Shown here piece by piece: positions 37,701-51,300 of a DNA stretch of 64,000 nucleotides. The stretch is from Azolla caroliniana. Its lineage: Eukaryota > Plantae > Polypodiophyta. The notes under the pieces are model-generated. The model saw only the letters and a list, made by a program, of their open reading frames with translations. It had not been told where the DNA came from and ran no database searches. The stretch spans positions 4,340,001 to 4,404,000 of the forward strand of contig JBHGNT010000001.1 of NCBI GenBank assembly GCA_043228905.1, in the 5' to 3' direction. The translations under genes were made by a program, and so were the position numbers. How positions within the stretch are numbered: the first letter of the stretch is position 1; each line of letters opens with the position of its first letter.

Positions 37701-39938
37701 AGCAGAAAGTCTCCTGGAGCAGCAAGAAACAGCCAATAATGGCTCCGTTGAGCACCGATGTGGAGTATAGGGGGAACAAATGTACCTGCATGCAAGGCGT
37801 ATGGTTTAAACGGCTTTAATGAATTAGTCAATGAGCCAATACCAATCCACTGTGACAATCTCAACAGCATCCAGCTCACAAAGATTTCATTGTTTCATTC
37901 CCCGAGTAAGCACATTGAGGTACACTATCATTATATCCATGAGCAAATATTGTCCAGAGACATTGACCTCCAATACATCGGCACCAACAAGCAGGTGGCC
38001 AATATTTTACAAAGGCGCTTGGTCTTGACAACCTGCAACAATTCTTAGTGGATCTAGGCCTTACACCACTCCATATCCCGAGCTTCAGGGGGAGTACAAG
38101 TAGAAAGACGAGTAATGTGACCGAGACCAAGGAACAAGTGGAGAATCAACACCCAAGATAAGCATAAACGGAAGACCAAGACCAGCATCAACAAAGAAGT
38201 CCAGCTCATCTAGTCCGGCTCGGCTCTGCAAGTTGGAGGAAGACTTTTAAAAGCCGGAAGTTACGTCAGTTCTAAGCACGACCTTGAATAGACACCCATG
38301 ACGAGATAGATGAAAAGGGAGATGGGGTAAGACCTGTACATGCTCAGCACCTAGAGCGAAACCCCGTTTGGATAAGCCCAGCAGAAAACAACACCTCGAG
38401 ATTTTTTATCAACATTTTTTGGATCGGCAAGGTCACTGATTGACTTTGCCTAATCAAGATCAAGTAAATCGGAGCAACATGAAGACCATGGTCCAGCAGT
38501 TCAAGCAACTTCGACCAACTTTTCAACTAAACCGAAAAACCAAGATTAAGAGGGTACAATTGACCTTGTGGAGACATGTTGAGAATCTAAGGCAAATTCC
38601 TTGTGCTGCACATGTATCGAAGTGGTTGGTGTTGGCCTCTCAAGATTCCTCTCTCATAAACAAGAAGACCAATCTTGCTTCAAGCAAGGCCAATTATAAT
38701 ATTGACAATATGTCAGGATGTAATGTTGTTTGATCATCTTCCATAAAGACAAGATCAGAGGACTGCCTCCTCCGTTATTATGCTTTAGCCTAAGGCAAGC
38801 ATCTAAGTCAAGCATACCTGATCAAGCATATATACGTACAGTATGCAGAAACAAATGGATCCCAATGATATTATACTAAAAAGTATATAGGCACAAAGAG
38901 TATCTTGAAATTTGGGATGTGCCAATAGCCGAATTTATGATGACAAGCCTTATACAAGTTGTTCACGAATCACAATAAAGCAAGTTATCTCTGTATTACT
39001 GATTTCGTATGTATGTTAAGAGCTAAAGTCAGCACACAACTTCCAGGCATAAGAAACAGGGGAGGAACTCCTTCACACCCATATACATGTACATATTAGG
39101 ATTTAGTACATACCAATTAGTCATGTACATTAGGATTAAGTCTCAATTCATCATAAAGTGAGAAAATAACAATGCCTTATTCAGAGAAAGAAAGAAACAA
39201 TTTAAATAACAATAATCCATAATCACTACCTTCTTGAGCATAGACTGATTATCAAGCTTCTCTCCAGAAGCAGCATCCACGTTATGGAAAACCCACTTAG
39301 GTTTGCCAGTAAATGCCACTCTTCCAACAATACTGAACCATGGCAACAACTGAAAAGCTTAGAGATAATAGCTTCTATGAGAAACAAAGGGGAAAAAAAA
39401 ATTAGAGCTGCTTTTCGTAAAAGCTCACCCTTCACCCATGGGGAACACACAATATGACATTTTGGCAACAGCAAGAGAAATCTGCCCTTCTAAATCACCA
39501 CAGTCTCCTCGATTGAGAGGGTGTCCTCTACTTTCTAGGACACCCCCACATGAACCTAAACCTTTCTTTGGTTGATCATAGTATCCTTCTTCCCATGTTA
39601 GCATCCTGTTATATACGAGTCTATCACAAATAATTAGACTCTTGGTGGCCAAATTTGCAAAAGAAAAAAAAAAATTAGCCCTCACAAATTTTTAACCCAT
39701 AACTTTCTAGAATCATAATCAGCAAAGGGAAAGCTTATAAGTAGAGCATATACTTTGAAGATATCCCTGGATATTATTATTGCTGTTAATGTTATTATTA
39801 TAATATCATATCAACAAATATAGAGGATGAAAAAGCTTACATTTGACTACGCCGCTTCAATTTCCAAAAGACAGCATAACACCAGCCGTTTTTTGAACAA
39901 AGGCTTTTCAAAGCTTGTTGAAGATGCATAGTTGGCAT
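31794..39938 (-). CDS. LHW: LONESOME HIGHWAY-like bHLH transcription factor
   Basis: Ten exons: 39938-39841, 39605-39429, 39332-39240, 36506-36465, 36173-36117, 35430-34186, 34085-33984, 32628-32530, 32315-32190, 31907-31794. N-terminal LKSLC..W.YAVFWK, LTWEEGY, GEGIVGRVAFTG, QFAAGIKTIAV..GVVQLGS; bHLH RPRPKDRQQIQDRVRELRDIVPSGLKCSIDALLEKTIKHMLFL; ACT-like MICEEKGLFLEIAEIIRSLGLTILKG. The symbol denotes the family; orthology is unproven. Confidence 0.93.
33484..33732. repeat. Four-copy ~65-70-bp tandem repeat in LHW intron 7
   Basis: atgcaag..gcttattttgaa.ta.gaa recurs four times. Confidence 0.85.
35424..35972. repeat. Five-copy ~107-bp tandem repeat spanning the LHW intron 5 acceptor
   Basis: ttttatctgatataagttcacaaaaccattac...aagtacacaagctcagaaaggtgaa occurs five times. 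Confidence 0.93.
37170..38095 (+). mobile_element. Ty1/Copia RT-RNase H remnant in LHW intron 3
   Basis: KKLLSEKFKMKDLNDIHYFLGIEV, YLTITQPDLSY, ADWAG, SWSSKKQP, IHCDNLNSIQL, SKHIEVHYHYI; ends in a PPT-like agggggag; frameshifted. Confidence 0.92.
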
Positions 39939-40750
39939 TATTCTTTTCTTATTTTTAACAAGTAGAAATTTTCTTAAATCGTTCTCCTTTTCTTTTCTAA
40001 GTCTAGCTTCCACATCATGAACCCTTTCCAATAGCTTGGTGATCACTTCCAGAATTCATAACAGGAAATTGTTTCTCCACGCTTCTTGACTTTATCATCT
40101 AATGAGATAAAAAACAGCTTAGAGCTGGAATGATACCATACATCTATACGCATGTTGATAAGAATCAAATCAGTTATACAGGTGTAATTGTGTTTTCTTT
40201 TTCCTTTTTTCTGGATCATTGAAAATATGCTCAATGAAGGACGTGTTTAATCGAATCCTTAGGCTCCATTTGGATTTAATTAATTTCGAATATGTAAAGC
40301 TTTTTAAATTAAAGAATCGATCTTTAGCGAAATGGTCAGGAAAACGAAACTAAATTTACTTGATTTCGAGTATTCAAAAGCTTGTTCTACCAAAGAATCG
40401 ATCTCTACATAAACGAGTACCTGCTACAATCGGGAGAGTGAAGTGGAACAGAGCGGTAACAGAGGGGTTGGAAAAGAAGAGAGTAGAGAGAGCGATGGAG
40501 AATGGAGAATGGAGATAGCGTCAGTTCTTCTCCGGCCCTCATGTTTTTGTTTTCTTCTTCCGAGTTCCTGTCGCAATTCTCTGTATATTAGTCAAAAAGG
40601 AGTTGAGCATAGCATCGATCAGGTCCCGAGCTCGAGACCTTGTTTTCTCACATTTATCATTTCACCTAAACTGACTATAGTCTATATATATGCATGCGAC
40701 ATCACTATATGTCCATACATTATACTGTATACATATATGAGAGCTATATG

Positions 40751-41170
40751 TATAATGTATATGATATATCCAACCATATGCCAATCGGTGGTGATGTTAT
40801 ATACATATGTGTATCTCGGTGTACCAGACACACAGCCACAATGTCCCAAACTATTGTCATAACCACCATCTTAGTTAGCTATAATATGTATATGATATAT
40901 CCAACCATATGCCAATCGGTGGTGATGTTATATACATATGTGTATCTCGGCGTACCAGACACACGGCCACAATGTCCCGAACTATTGTCATAACCACCGA
41001 TCGATGAACTCATAACGTCGTGATCTCTAGACAATCAACACAATCATCTCAAATGTGGCCCAATTGGCATTCATGGCATGTGCTTATAGCTTGATCAGTG
41101 AACCCATAACCTCGTGGTCTCTAGACAATCAATACAATCATCTCAATCGTGGCCCAATTGGCATTCATGA
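40751..41170. repeat. Two adjacent tandem duplications (~131 bp and ~95 bp) upstream of LHW
   Basis: tatatgatatatccaaccatatgccaatcgg...cataaccacc occurs twice; tctctagacaatcaa...ggcattcatg occurs twice. Confidence 0.9.
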
Positions 41171-41639
41171 GTGCACGCACACACGCACACACATTCCTTT
41201 TCTAGAAAATCCTCTTCTCTTAAAAAGATTCCTTGAGATCTTGGTGACCCTCTCTTTTAAACTCTTTTTCCAAAGGTTAATAAACTTTTCAAGCTTATAT
41301 AGGCTTATATATGACTTGTTGCTTCCTCCCAATCACTTGTGGCTTTCCAAATCATTTTCCACTAGGAAGCCCCTCCAATGGGTTTAGAGTCCAGAAACTC
41401 TACCATTGCCTTATTCTAATGCTAATAGCCTCTCTCTCTCTCTCCCTGATTGGCTTGGCGGTAGCCAACTCCAATGGGTTTAGAGTCTAGACACTCTACG
41501 ACTTGTCCCACAAATCGCAATAAAATCTTGATCAATTCAATTTAGATGTATATTATGTCTATCCTTGAGTCTTATATAAGGATTGTGATAATTACCTACC
41601 GCTAAGCTACCAAAATTTTGTTACTCCGTATATATAGTC

Positions 41640-41772
41640 CAAAAGTTCACCTCTTTGATACTCCATATATATGGACTTAATTTACTAGATGCCACTATGG
41701 AGTGTAGGGGTTGAACCCATGACCTTCTAGGCTCCAATGGACAACCTTGCCAACAAAGCTAAATCCATCTTG
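41640..41772 (-). mobile_element. Solitary diverged copy of the tRNA-derived SINE-like unit
   Basis: The reverse complement gatggatttagctttgttggcaaggttgtccattggagcctagaaggtcatgggttcaacccctacactccatagtggcatctagt matches the 18064-19170 unit. Confidence 0.85.
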
Positions 41773-43427
41773 GATCTCCTAAAGCTCATTCTTCCCTCAC
41801 ATTGCATTGCAATTAAAAAGATAAATTACCTACCAATTATAATAATAACACTATAAATTATTGCAGAAATTTATCAACACGCTCTCACATTTCTCAACTC
41901 AATCTTACTATAAACTTCTAGCCATTCTAAAGCTAATTCATAAAGTAAAAAGTGCATAAGAGGTTCTTGAATCATCACACTTGCATATTGATTTTTTATT
42001 TGACTTGGTTGCTTTATAATTTAAAGTATTGTTTTGTAAGCATCTCATTTCTTTGTTGATAACAATCAACAATGGAACTCTTTCTTCATTATATTATAGC
42101 TTATTTCCAGTATACATGTCAACATTATTTCTTGATTGTAAGTTGTTATAGGTCATTACAAAGGCAAAAAATTGAAAGATATTATACACTCTCCTCTAAG
42201 TTTACTTGGGAAGCAGCTAAAAATGTTAAAGACACAAACAAATTAAAATTTGGATGGATGCACAATGTTCAATAGGTTCCATGTGAACCAAGTATTTTTG
42301 CAACAAGGGAATCACATAGAGGCTCATGCTTCACATTTTATAGTACAAAATACGCATGTTCTGCCAAATTTAGCCTATCTTTTTATTGAGCAAAGACAAT
42401 CACTCATACAAGCTAGAGCCCATTCACCCATTTTTTCCATTCGACTTAGTTCATAATCTCTTCAATGTTAGACAAGGTGAGTGCTTTGGGGCTACTATGA
42501 TCACACTTAACCATGCATGGTTTGGCCCAAACAAATTCACAATCTGAGTCTACTACTCTCGAGTGCCCACTTTTGATCACATCCACGTTTGCTTTTGCCA
42601 CATTTTTAACCCAAACCAATGACCACACATTTCTCACTCAATGACAATGTACACTTTCAATAGCAATGTTCACTAGTTAAATTCTTGAACTTCACCTGTT
42701 ACCGATCGATTGCTCACATTGAAAAGGTTGAATGTGACTCGACACAAAAGGCTAATTTGAAATGCAACAAGTTATTTTGGAGAAGCGCATATTTCATGTT
42801 CTTCAATCCATGCAGCCTATGGTGGCCCCAAGAAAATTTGATGCAATTTTTGAAGCTGAGCTTAATACAGAAGTTATTACTCATTGTCAACTCCATCCTG
42901 ATATGTTTCAAATCCTTATTTAGATTAAATCATGCAATGAATTTGAATTCGCACAAAGTAATAACCATCAATAAGCACCCTCCATTACCACTGAAAGCTT
43001 CCATGTCAAATTTCACTTTCTGGGACCTGTTTATCTGAGAAAGAGTACATTAAAAGAGAATTATCCAGTTATGAACTCCACTTCCATTTCTCATTATATA
43101 GTTGATAAAAACACATGATAGAACTAACATCTTCCTGGTTCCTCTATAAAAGTTGACTCCCATGCTGCAATAAGTTTAGATGCATGATGTTTCCCTAAAT
43201 CAAAGAAACAAAGTGCCTACTTCATAATCTAGTTCTTTCTAATGGCATGCATTTTCTCTAGCTTGAGTTAACAATTACAATGGATTTTCACATCATCATT
43301 TCTTCATTATTCTCATGCCATATCCAACTTCCAGCTTTATCTGATTCCTAGTGTTTTGAAAATCAACAGTTTCTTCCAAGTCATCAAATAAACCAGAATT
43401 TGACTTCAGGTCAATATTGATATTAAC

Positions 43428-46136
43428 CTATGGTTCTGGACCACTAGATAGTTCGTGTATGAAATCCAAATCAAAGTTCAAATCGCAAAGATCGCCAACC
43501 AGATTGCAATTATTAAACCCTTGCAAGCTAGTACTATTTATCTCTTGAATTAATGCGGATGCTGGAACAATATGTTGTGATGAAGTTTCTGTTGGGTCGC
43601 AATCAACATGAAAATGTTGTAACTGAGCTAGTTCCTCAATCTTCGACACATTGGCATTAATAGTCTGAATTCCATCCTTTGTGCTAACATCATTGTTGAC
43701 AGTTTCCATAGTGTAGGCACCACTCTTGACCTGATCTGTCATATCCAAATCAAATCCCTGAACATCAGTAAATGCAACTCCTAATTTGGTTTTATATTCT
43801 CCCGATTTAGCATTGTACACTTCCAATTCAGTGTTATATGCTTCCAATTCAGTGTTATATGCTTCCAATTCAGGGTTATATGACTCTGATTCAGCATTAT
43901 ATGTCTCTGATTCGGTGTTATATGCTTCCAATCCGTATTCACCAAGAGTGTCTTGCATTACACCACTGATATTACATCGCTCTCCAGTATTACAACTCAT
44001 TCTGGAAGATTCCTCAGCTACATTGGTCTGATCTGTACTCCCAGAAGGCAATTGCTTTCTTTTCGTTGTAGCAACATCACGATCAAGATTAATTTGAAAC
44101 CTTTCAGCATGTTGTCTGAGGTGCGAAAGAAAGTCGCTATTGTGCATTGCCTTGGCCAAGAAAGCCATTATTTTCTCTTGCCTACGCTCAGCTGCTTGAA
44201 CTCGATCCACCATAGATCGAATAACTTGGTCTACATTATGCTGCTCTTGTCTCAGCCTCATCACTTCTGCCATTAGAACACATCTATCATGTTTTAATCG
44301 TTCAATTTTGCCTTCAATATTTTCTTCTATTCCTCCTTCATACACAAATTTCCCAACCTGGTGATCTATACAAGGTTCTGTACTAGATTCTGACGCAATA
44401 CTTGCTGAGTTGGTTGCTTGCAAATGTGTAAATTGGATATTCTGTTGCATTAAAGTTGCAGATTTCCGGCGATGGATTTCTTTGAGCAAGTGCTTTTGTC
44501 CACGAAGAAAGTTTTCGTGAGCAAACTCCCATCGATCAGGGTTAACCTTATGGAATCCCTACTAGTGTAAGGAAGATTATCAGTACCAAAGCTGCATATT
44601 ATACGTTTTAAAGCAACATGAAAAGAAGATGCCAATCACTGAAACATTCAGATTGATGATGAACATCGATACAGATTTCAGACTTAATACTGAAACCAAA
44701 GAATCTGCATGTCGATCAGACTGATTGTTTAAGCTGCTCGACATATTAGAAACGAAAAGCATTAAAGAATGCACAGACTCATTAAATGGGGAAGATTAAG
44801 AGAAGACGATGCCACATAATCATGCACATTGATTGAAGCCACGGGAGATTAGAGCAAAGGGAAGTGAGAATATATATTACAAACTGTAGTGAAAGATCTG
44901 GAGATATTGAAGTCAATGTACCAGGAGATGCCATAGAGATCATGCTTGCAGCCTTTAAGGAATCTTTTAGACAGAAAACGAAATCACAGAATGCACAGAT
45001 ATAATCTATAATGCAACCAGGAAAAGATTAGACAAAAAATGCAATTAATGATTTGCTGATAAAAAGGGAAGCTTTAGATTTTGGAAGCAGATGTCAGAGG
45101 AGATGGCATCACAGAATCATGCAAATTCGATCAAGATTGCTTATTTCAAGAAAGCTTTAACCAGAAAAACAACAAAGAACAACTAAAGATTATTAATTGA
45201 TAAAAATGCCATGGAAAGATCAGAAAGAAAATGATACTGCATACATATTGAAAATACGAGAAAGTTTGGGTTTAATAGAAACTCAAGTCTAGTTGTAGAC
45301 ATTGATGAAGCAGAAAAGGAAGCTTTAAATGGGGGGAAATCAGGTGGAGACATATCGAGGGAAAGCTCCATAGAGACATTAGAAAAGGTCACTCCGAATT
45401 AATTCTATTAAAACCAGATTCAAATGCAGAATTGTTGAAACCAAAAATCTTCCAAATTTGTTAAATATTAGTCAGAATATGCGTACTAGATAAAGATCTG
45501 AGAGAAACTATCACTACAAACTTTCTAAAACCAGATCAAAATGCAGACTTGTTGAAATCAGACCTGAATCCAACATATTGCAATATGCCATAACAGAAAT
45601 GCAAACTTGTTATAATGAGTAGAGAGCATGATGGTAGAATAATAAAATATTTCAGAAATGAAGAATGAACACGGACTAGTTAAAATAAGCATAGAACGTA
45701 AGACTAATAATAATGGGAATGTTTTCTCACTAGAAATCATGGTAGATCAACTACTCACATAGGAATTGAGCTGCCGAACAAAACTAGAGAAATTGTTGTG
45801 TTTGAAGTATCGAGGTAGAAGGAGCTGAGAAAAGTCAGCGAGATTCCAGATGATGAAGCTATTATTATTGCTGTTCCAAGAAACGATGGTATCCGACGAT
45901 ATGTCGTGTACCATGTCATAAGTTTTGATGAGGAAAGGAGGAAGAGAAGAACTAGGCATATCCATGGCCATAGTCAAGTTCCGATTTATTGAATTCTGAA
46001 CTATTCCCATATTATTACTACCACGATCTTCATGATTTATATTATTGACATGAATCGGGCTCTTCTCAATATTATCTTCGGTTTCTGCTTCTTCTTTTGC
46101 TTGCTTCTGCTGCGTGTTTTTCTTTTCTACTGTCAT
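43428..46136 (-). CDS. Heat shock transcription factor, class A
   Basis: Exons 46136-45759 and 44558-43428, with the conserved DBD intron at LNSY|[53 protein letters not shown]; HR-A/B with the class A insert; NLS-like KRKQL. Confidence 0.95.
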
Positions 46137-48311
46137 ATTGAAGAAGATGATGAGAATGAGGATGAAGAACACGATGAAGATGACGATGATAGATTAGATT
46201 GATCAGCAAGAGAATTAGTGGAGCTACTAGGCATGGACGAATCAAAAGATATTTCTGCCGGGACGGTATACGATCAGAGGCAATGAAAGCAGCAAGAGAT
46301 GATGGCCTGAGGTCTCCAGCGATGGCGATTGTAGATTCTGTGTACACGCACCGCTTGCAGAGATCAAATGCATCATGATGATCATCATCAGGGTCGAACT
46401 GTCCAGGCGCCATTGCTACTTCTTCCTTTCTCTCTTCTTCTTGCAACTTCGCCTTACGGGCATGATCGATTCATACAAAGTTAACGGAAATTGCAGAAGT
46501 AGCCCCCCAAAACCTCACGCTTCGATGATATTTCCTTAAAGGACTTTCAATCTATTTTTATCTAATTTTCAGCTCACACACTTAATCAATGAATGAATAC
46601 TAATAATAAATCGTCACAATTTCAAAGAACCTGAATTGAATGAATGCCATTCCCACTCACTCGCTTAAATTTGAAATCTCCCAAAATACCCCTCCCCACC
46701 ACAAATACTTTCTTTCACCAATTTCTCATAATAACCCTTCTTCATCACATGCATAATAGGATAGGGTTTAACATTCATTGAACAATTTTTATTAGCTTGA
46801 ACCACAAGAATGCCTTTCCTTAAGCAAACAACACTTAACATTGATTGAATAGAGAGAATCGAACAACTCTTACTTCAAATCGAGGAACAATATGTATGTG
46901 TTAATTCTTACAATAGGAGAGCAAATGGGAAGGTGTACTTTAGAAATTCCAAGATACAAGTGGGATTTTTGTAAAAACCAAGCTTTGTTTCTCACAAACT
47001 TCCCATAATAATTTATATGTTATAAAAACCCTAGAACTATAGGAATTCCAATGAATTTTACTCCTTCGTTTGTTGTAAATTTGGCCCGATTTGATTTTTA
47101 AAACCTTTGTCATAATTGATAAACATTCTGGAAGTATTCCTTGAGCCTTGAAACATAGCCATTTTGCAATAAATAACCATAATTTCTCTTCAATAAATAT
47201 GTATTTATTAAGGTTGACGTGGTACCTAGCCTATCATCGAGATGGCCCATGTGAATCCTTTGAAGGTTAGGGGTATTGATACAAGGTGACTTGTTGAATA
47301 CACATTTGCCTGATTTGAACAACATGCCAACGTGGAGATGATCACATTTACTTTGGAGGGCAATTGATTACTCTCTTTCAATGTGTTTCCTAACCTCATA
47401 TATGGTCATGGTGGCCTTAAAATATTTCACTTCGTCAATGACATCTCCTATCCACAATTGTTTTTTAGCAAAGACAATATCTTTGCAATGTGAAGTGCCC
47501 TACAAATTGCCTATATTTTGCAAACGTGTACATCCATCCAAGAAACCCATATATGGAACAACGTGATGGTAAGAGGAGGACACAAAACAATGTAATAATT
47601 AGTTCTAGAAATTTTGGTTTGTTTAGTTATCTTAGAAGAATTTGTGTTTTGTATTCTATGTTGCAAAAACATTGCTAAATATATGCACGTTAAAGAATGA
47701 TGAACGTCAATGGCAAAGCAAAGTATACGAGTCTAGTCAACAAGCATTCAATCTCACTTTGGGGAGGAAATCACGAATTCAACGACAACATACCTCCCCA
47801 TAGGTCACTTCTTGAATTTGTTGGTTCCATTCCTTACGACAAACACTTGCTTACTTATGAATGTGTGAGCATAAGTAAGGATCATGAGTCCTGAAAAACA
47901 TGTCATTAGGGCCTTTGTACCTAGTTCCCTTGGACTCAAGTCAAAAGTTAAGACATGCGATGCGCGCACAACCCAGTCGTACAAAAGCTTAAAAATGAAT
48001 TGTTACCAAATTTAGCGTTTGAGGTGATGTCTACGGACCTTCTATTTATGGACATGATGGTGGGAGAGGGGGCCAAAGGGTTGGCCCAAGAGGGAGAAGA
48101 GAAAAAGAGAGACATGGGTTTTCAAGAATCAATATGTATCACACAATCATATACATATACATATATGTATATGTACTATGTACATATACATGTACGTATA
48201 TGTATAGACTTAGTATAGTATATCAGTATGTATACATATGTATATATCATATATGTATAACATGTGGATGTGAGTGAAGTCATCAATCTCTACTAACTAA
48301 CACTACATGCT

Positions 48312-51300
48312 ATGGATGTGGTGCTCACTTCTTCTTTTCCTGCGTACTCTGCAACCATCACTCGATCTATCCTTACTAATGGCTGCTCGACCAAGAATGT
48401 GAAGGGACAACATGTCGTGTGCTCAGCGAGGATCTCCCTCATAACTCATGCCTCCAAGAAGAATAACTCAGATAAAATCTCTTTCAGTGACCAATTGCTT
48501 GATTACATTGAAGGTTAGCTATTTTTATAAACAACATATCCCACGTATCCTGAAACCTTCTTTTTTATTTTCTTTCATTTTCTTTTAAATTAACTCTTGC
48601 CTCGCCTGTCCATGGTGATGTATATGTGTTTGTTTGAGAGCTCGGTCGTGCAATGGTAGTATATGCTAGGACGTTCACAAAATGTAAGGTTCAAGAGTAG
48701 ATTAATGACGAGATTTAAAGTTCGAAAATCAGCTTAAGGTGAAGACATTAACAAGATTGTGGATTCGGTCAAGTTTAGGATGTTAACAAAGTTTAGCATT
48801 CGAGCATTAGCTTAAGAGGGTTAGTACATTAACAAGGTTTGAGTTTTAGGGTTCAAGAATTAGCCTTAGGCTAGGACATCAACAAGGTTTAGGGTTCAAG
48901 AATCAGCCTAAAGTTAAGACATTTAAAAGGTTTACGATTAGGCTAAGGTGAGGGCATTAACAAGGTTTTGGGTTCATGAATTAGCCTGGTGTTAAGATAT
49001 TAACAAGGTTTGCAGTTCATGAATTAGCCTGACCTTAATATTGTAACAAGGTTTAGGGCTCACAAATTAGCCTGACGTCAAGATAGTGACAAGGTTTAGG
49101 GTGGTCTAAGGTGGTTTTATTTATGCTGTTGGTTTGAGGACCGGGGTGGGCAATGTCGGGATGATATGCTAGGAATTAGCTTATTAGGACATGAACAATG
49201 CTTAGCCTAAGGTATGAACCATGGTGACACGGTGCATTAACAGACAAAGCTCAGTATAACCAGAAAACCACATGCACGTATGAGGCCAGGCCTCTTATAG
49301 AAACTCTCATGCATTTGTGGGCTGCAACCTATATGGCACGATGGAAACTAGGGCATGCCCTTTCCACCTTTCTCATAGCTGTAACTAACACACAGATGAA
49401 TGGATCTAAACTGGAAAAGAATATTGTAAGGGGAGACATCTTGTATGGAGAAACATGTGCATGTACAGGGCCATGTCTTGTATGGCAGGATGGAAACTAG
49501 GGATCACCTTTTTCTGTTCATGGAGATGACAATGTGAAGTGATTTGTGATGCTTATTCGAGGGCAAAGGAAGAAACTTGGAAGATTGTATCCCTGTGGTT
49601 ACCCTACCATACAAGGTATAACCCCATAAATGCATGTGCTTTTTCCTATAACCTATGGTTCCATACATTCATGTGTTTTTCAAGGCTATACTTAGCCTCC
49701 ATCCTAACATAGCCTTCTACGTTCACACACCATGCCCTCCATCTACTTTTCCATCCTCTAACCCGTTGGTGTTACCTTAGGGTAATTTCTTGACCCTACC
49801 CGCACTAGACATTCAAGGTACGAACAAATCCTAGAGTTCTTGTCCTGATATTTAATTTTTGGGTGATAATCTACTGATTTCCATATTTCCCAGTTATGTC
49901 CAAGACATGGAAATAATATCTCTCCTATAGGTATGCACAAAATTGTCTTCCTGAAAGCCAGTGTATTAAAATACGAATTATCTTCATGAGCTTGATTTGA
50001 CACACACACACACACACTCACTCACTCACTCACTCACTCACTCATCCAGGTTCATATGAACTTGTGTACTTCTTCATTGATATTCTTGTACAGTCTCCAT
50101 GCATTATATTCTATTGTTTGAATTGGAACCACATTCTTTATGTGGGTATTTTTGGAACCTCACAGGAGGACCAAAGCTTCGAAAATGGTATGGAGCTCCA
50201 GATCAGATACGGCAAGATGGCATAGATGGGGAAAAAGATGATAAAGGTCTCTATCTGTATTTCCCAATATGAAAAAAGAAATATATATATATATACACAT
50301 ACACACACATGATGAACTTTTTGTAGTGCTATATTTCTGATCCAAAGATACTGAGGCAGTGCAGAACCACAGATGGAAGATGAGGAGGTTAGGGATGCAG
50401 TACTTGTAGTAGATGCGGATAGCATGACTGGTCAGGTTGAAGTTCTTATAATTAAATTAAAAGCTTAAGCATATATTTAGGAGCTTCATAGACTGAATGT
50501 TAAACGTAAGGACTTGTATGTGGATTATAGCTATTGTTGCTAGCGTTGATTGTCAAGAGGGCGCGCATCCGGGCTCTTGTTAAGGATGGGAAAGAAATTG
50601 TTCAGGCATTTGGCTCATATGTGGAGGTAAACGTTGTAAACAATTTTTTTTCAAAGAACTTTGTGGATCATTTTAAAAACTTTCCACAAAATGTGGTTCA
50701 AAAGCCAGTGATAGGTAATGTAGAAGAGAGCAAAAGCCTAAAGATTGCACTGAAGGGAGTTCGTGCAGTTATATGTCCTACGAAGGTACAATCCTGCATT
50801 GTATATTGCCCTCCTTGTCAATATCAAAGAATTTATAACGTCATGAAGGATTATTATGCACAACTATCAGGTGGAAGGAAATATAATCTATGTTTTTCTT
50901 TTTAGCATTGGAAAGGTACTGTTTTCAGCATGTGCATTGTGGAAAGTGAATTTGTAATAGGTGAAAACTGTTGGGTGATCAGCATGTCAAACTAACTTTA
51001 TATAATGAACTTTATGCAACATCAACACCATTGCTTGATTTACAACCTTTTCCATCAGATAGGAGCCCTGGCAGATAAAGAAATCACAAGAGGACTAGAA
51101 CACATTGTCTTTTTATCTCAGGTTTTTTGCTTTTTCTATTTTGATACATGAAGCTTTTTTATTTTGTGAGTCTACATATTTAAATGCATTTTTTCATGCT
51201 TTAATAAACATACAGTCAGTTGCTTATAGCAATGCTGGAGGTTTGGCTGCATTGCTATATTCAAATGCTATGCGGAAGGCTGAAGAAGATGAGAGAATCT

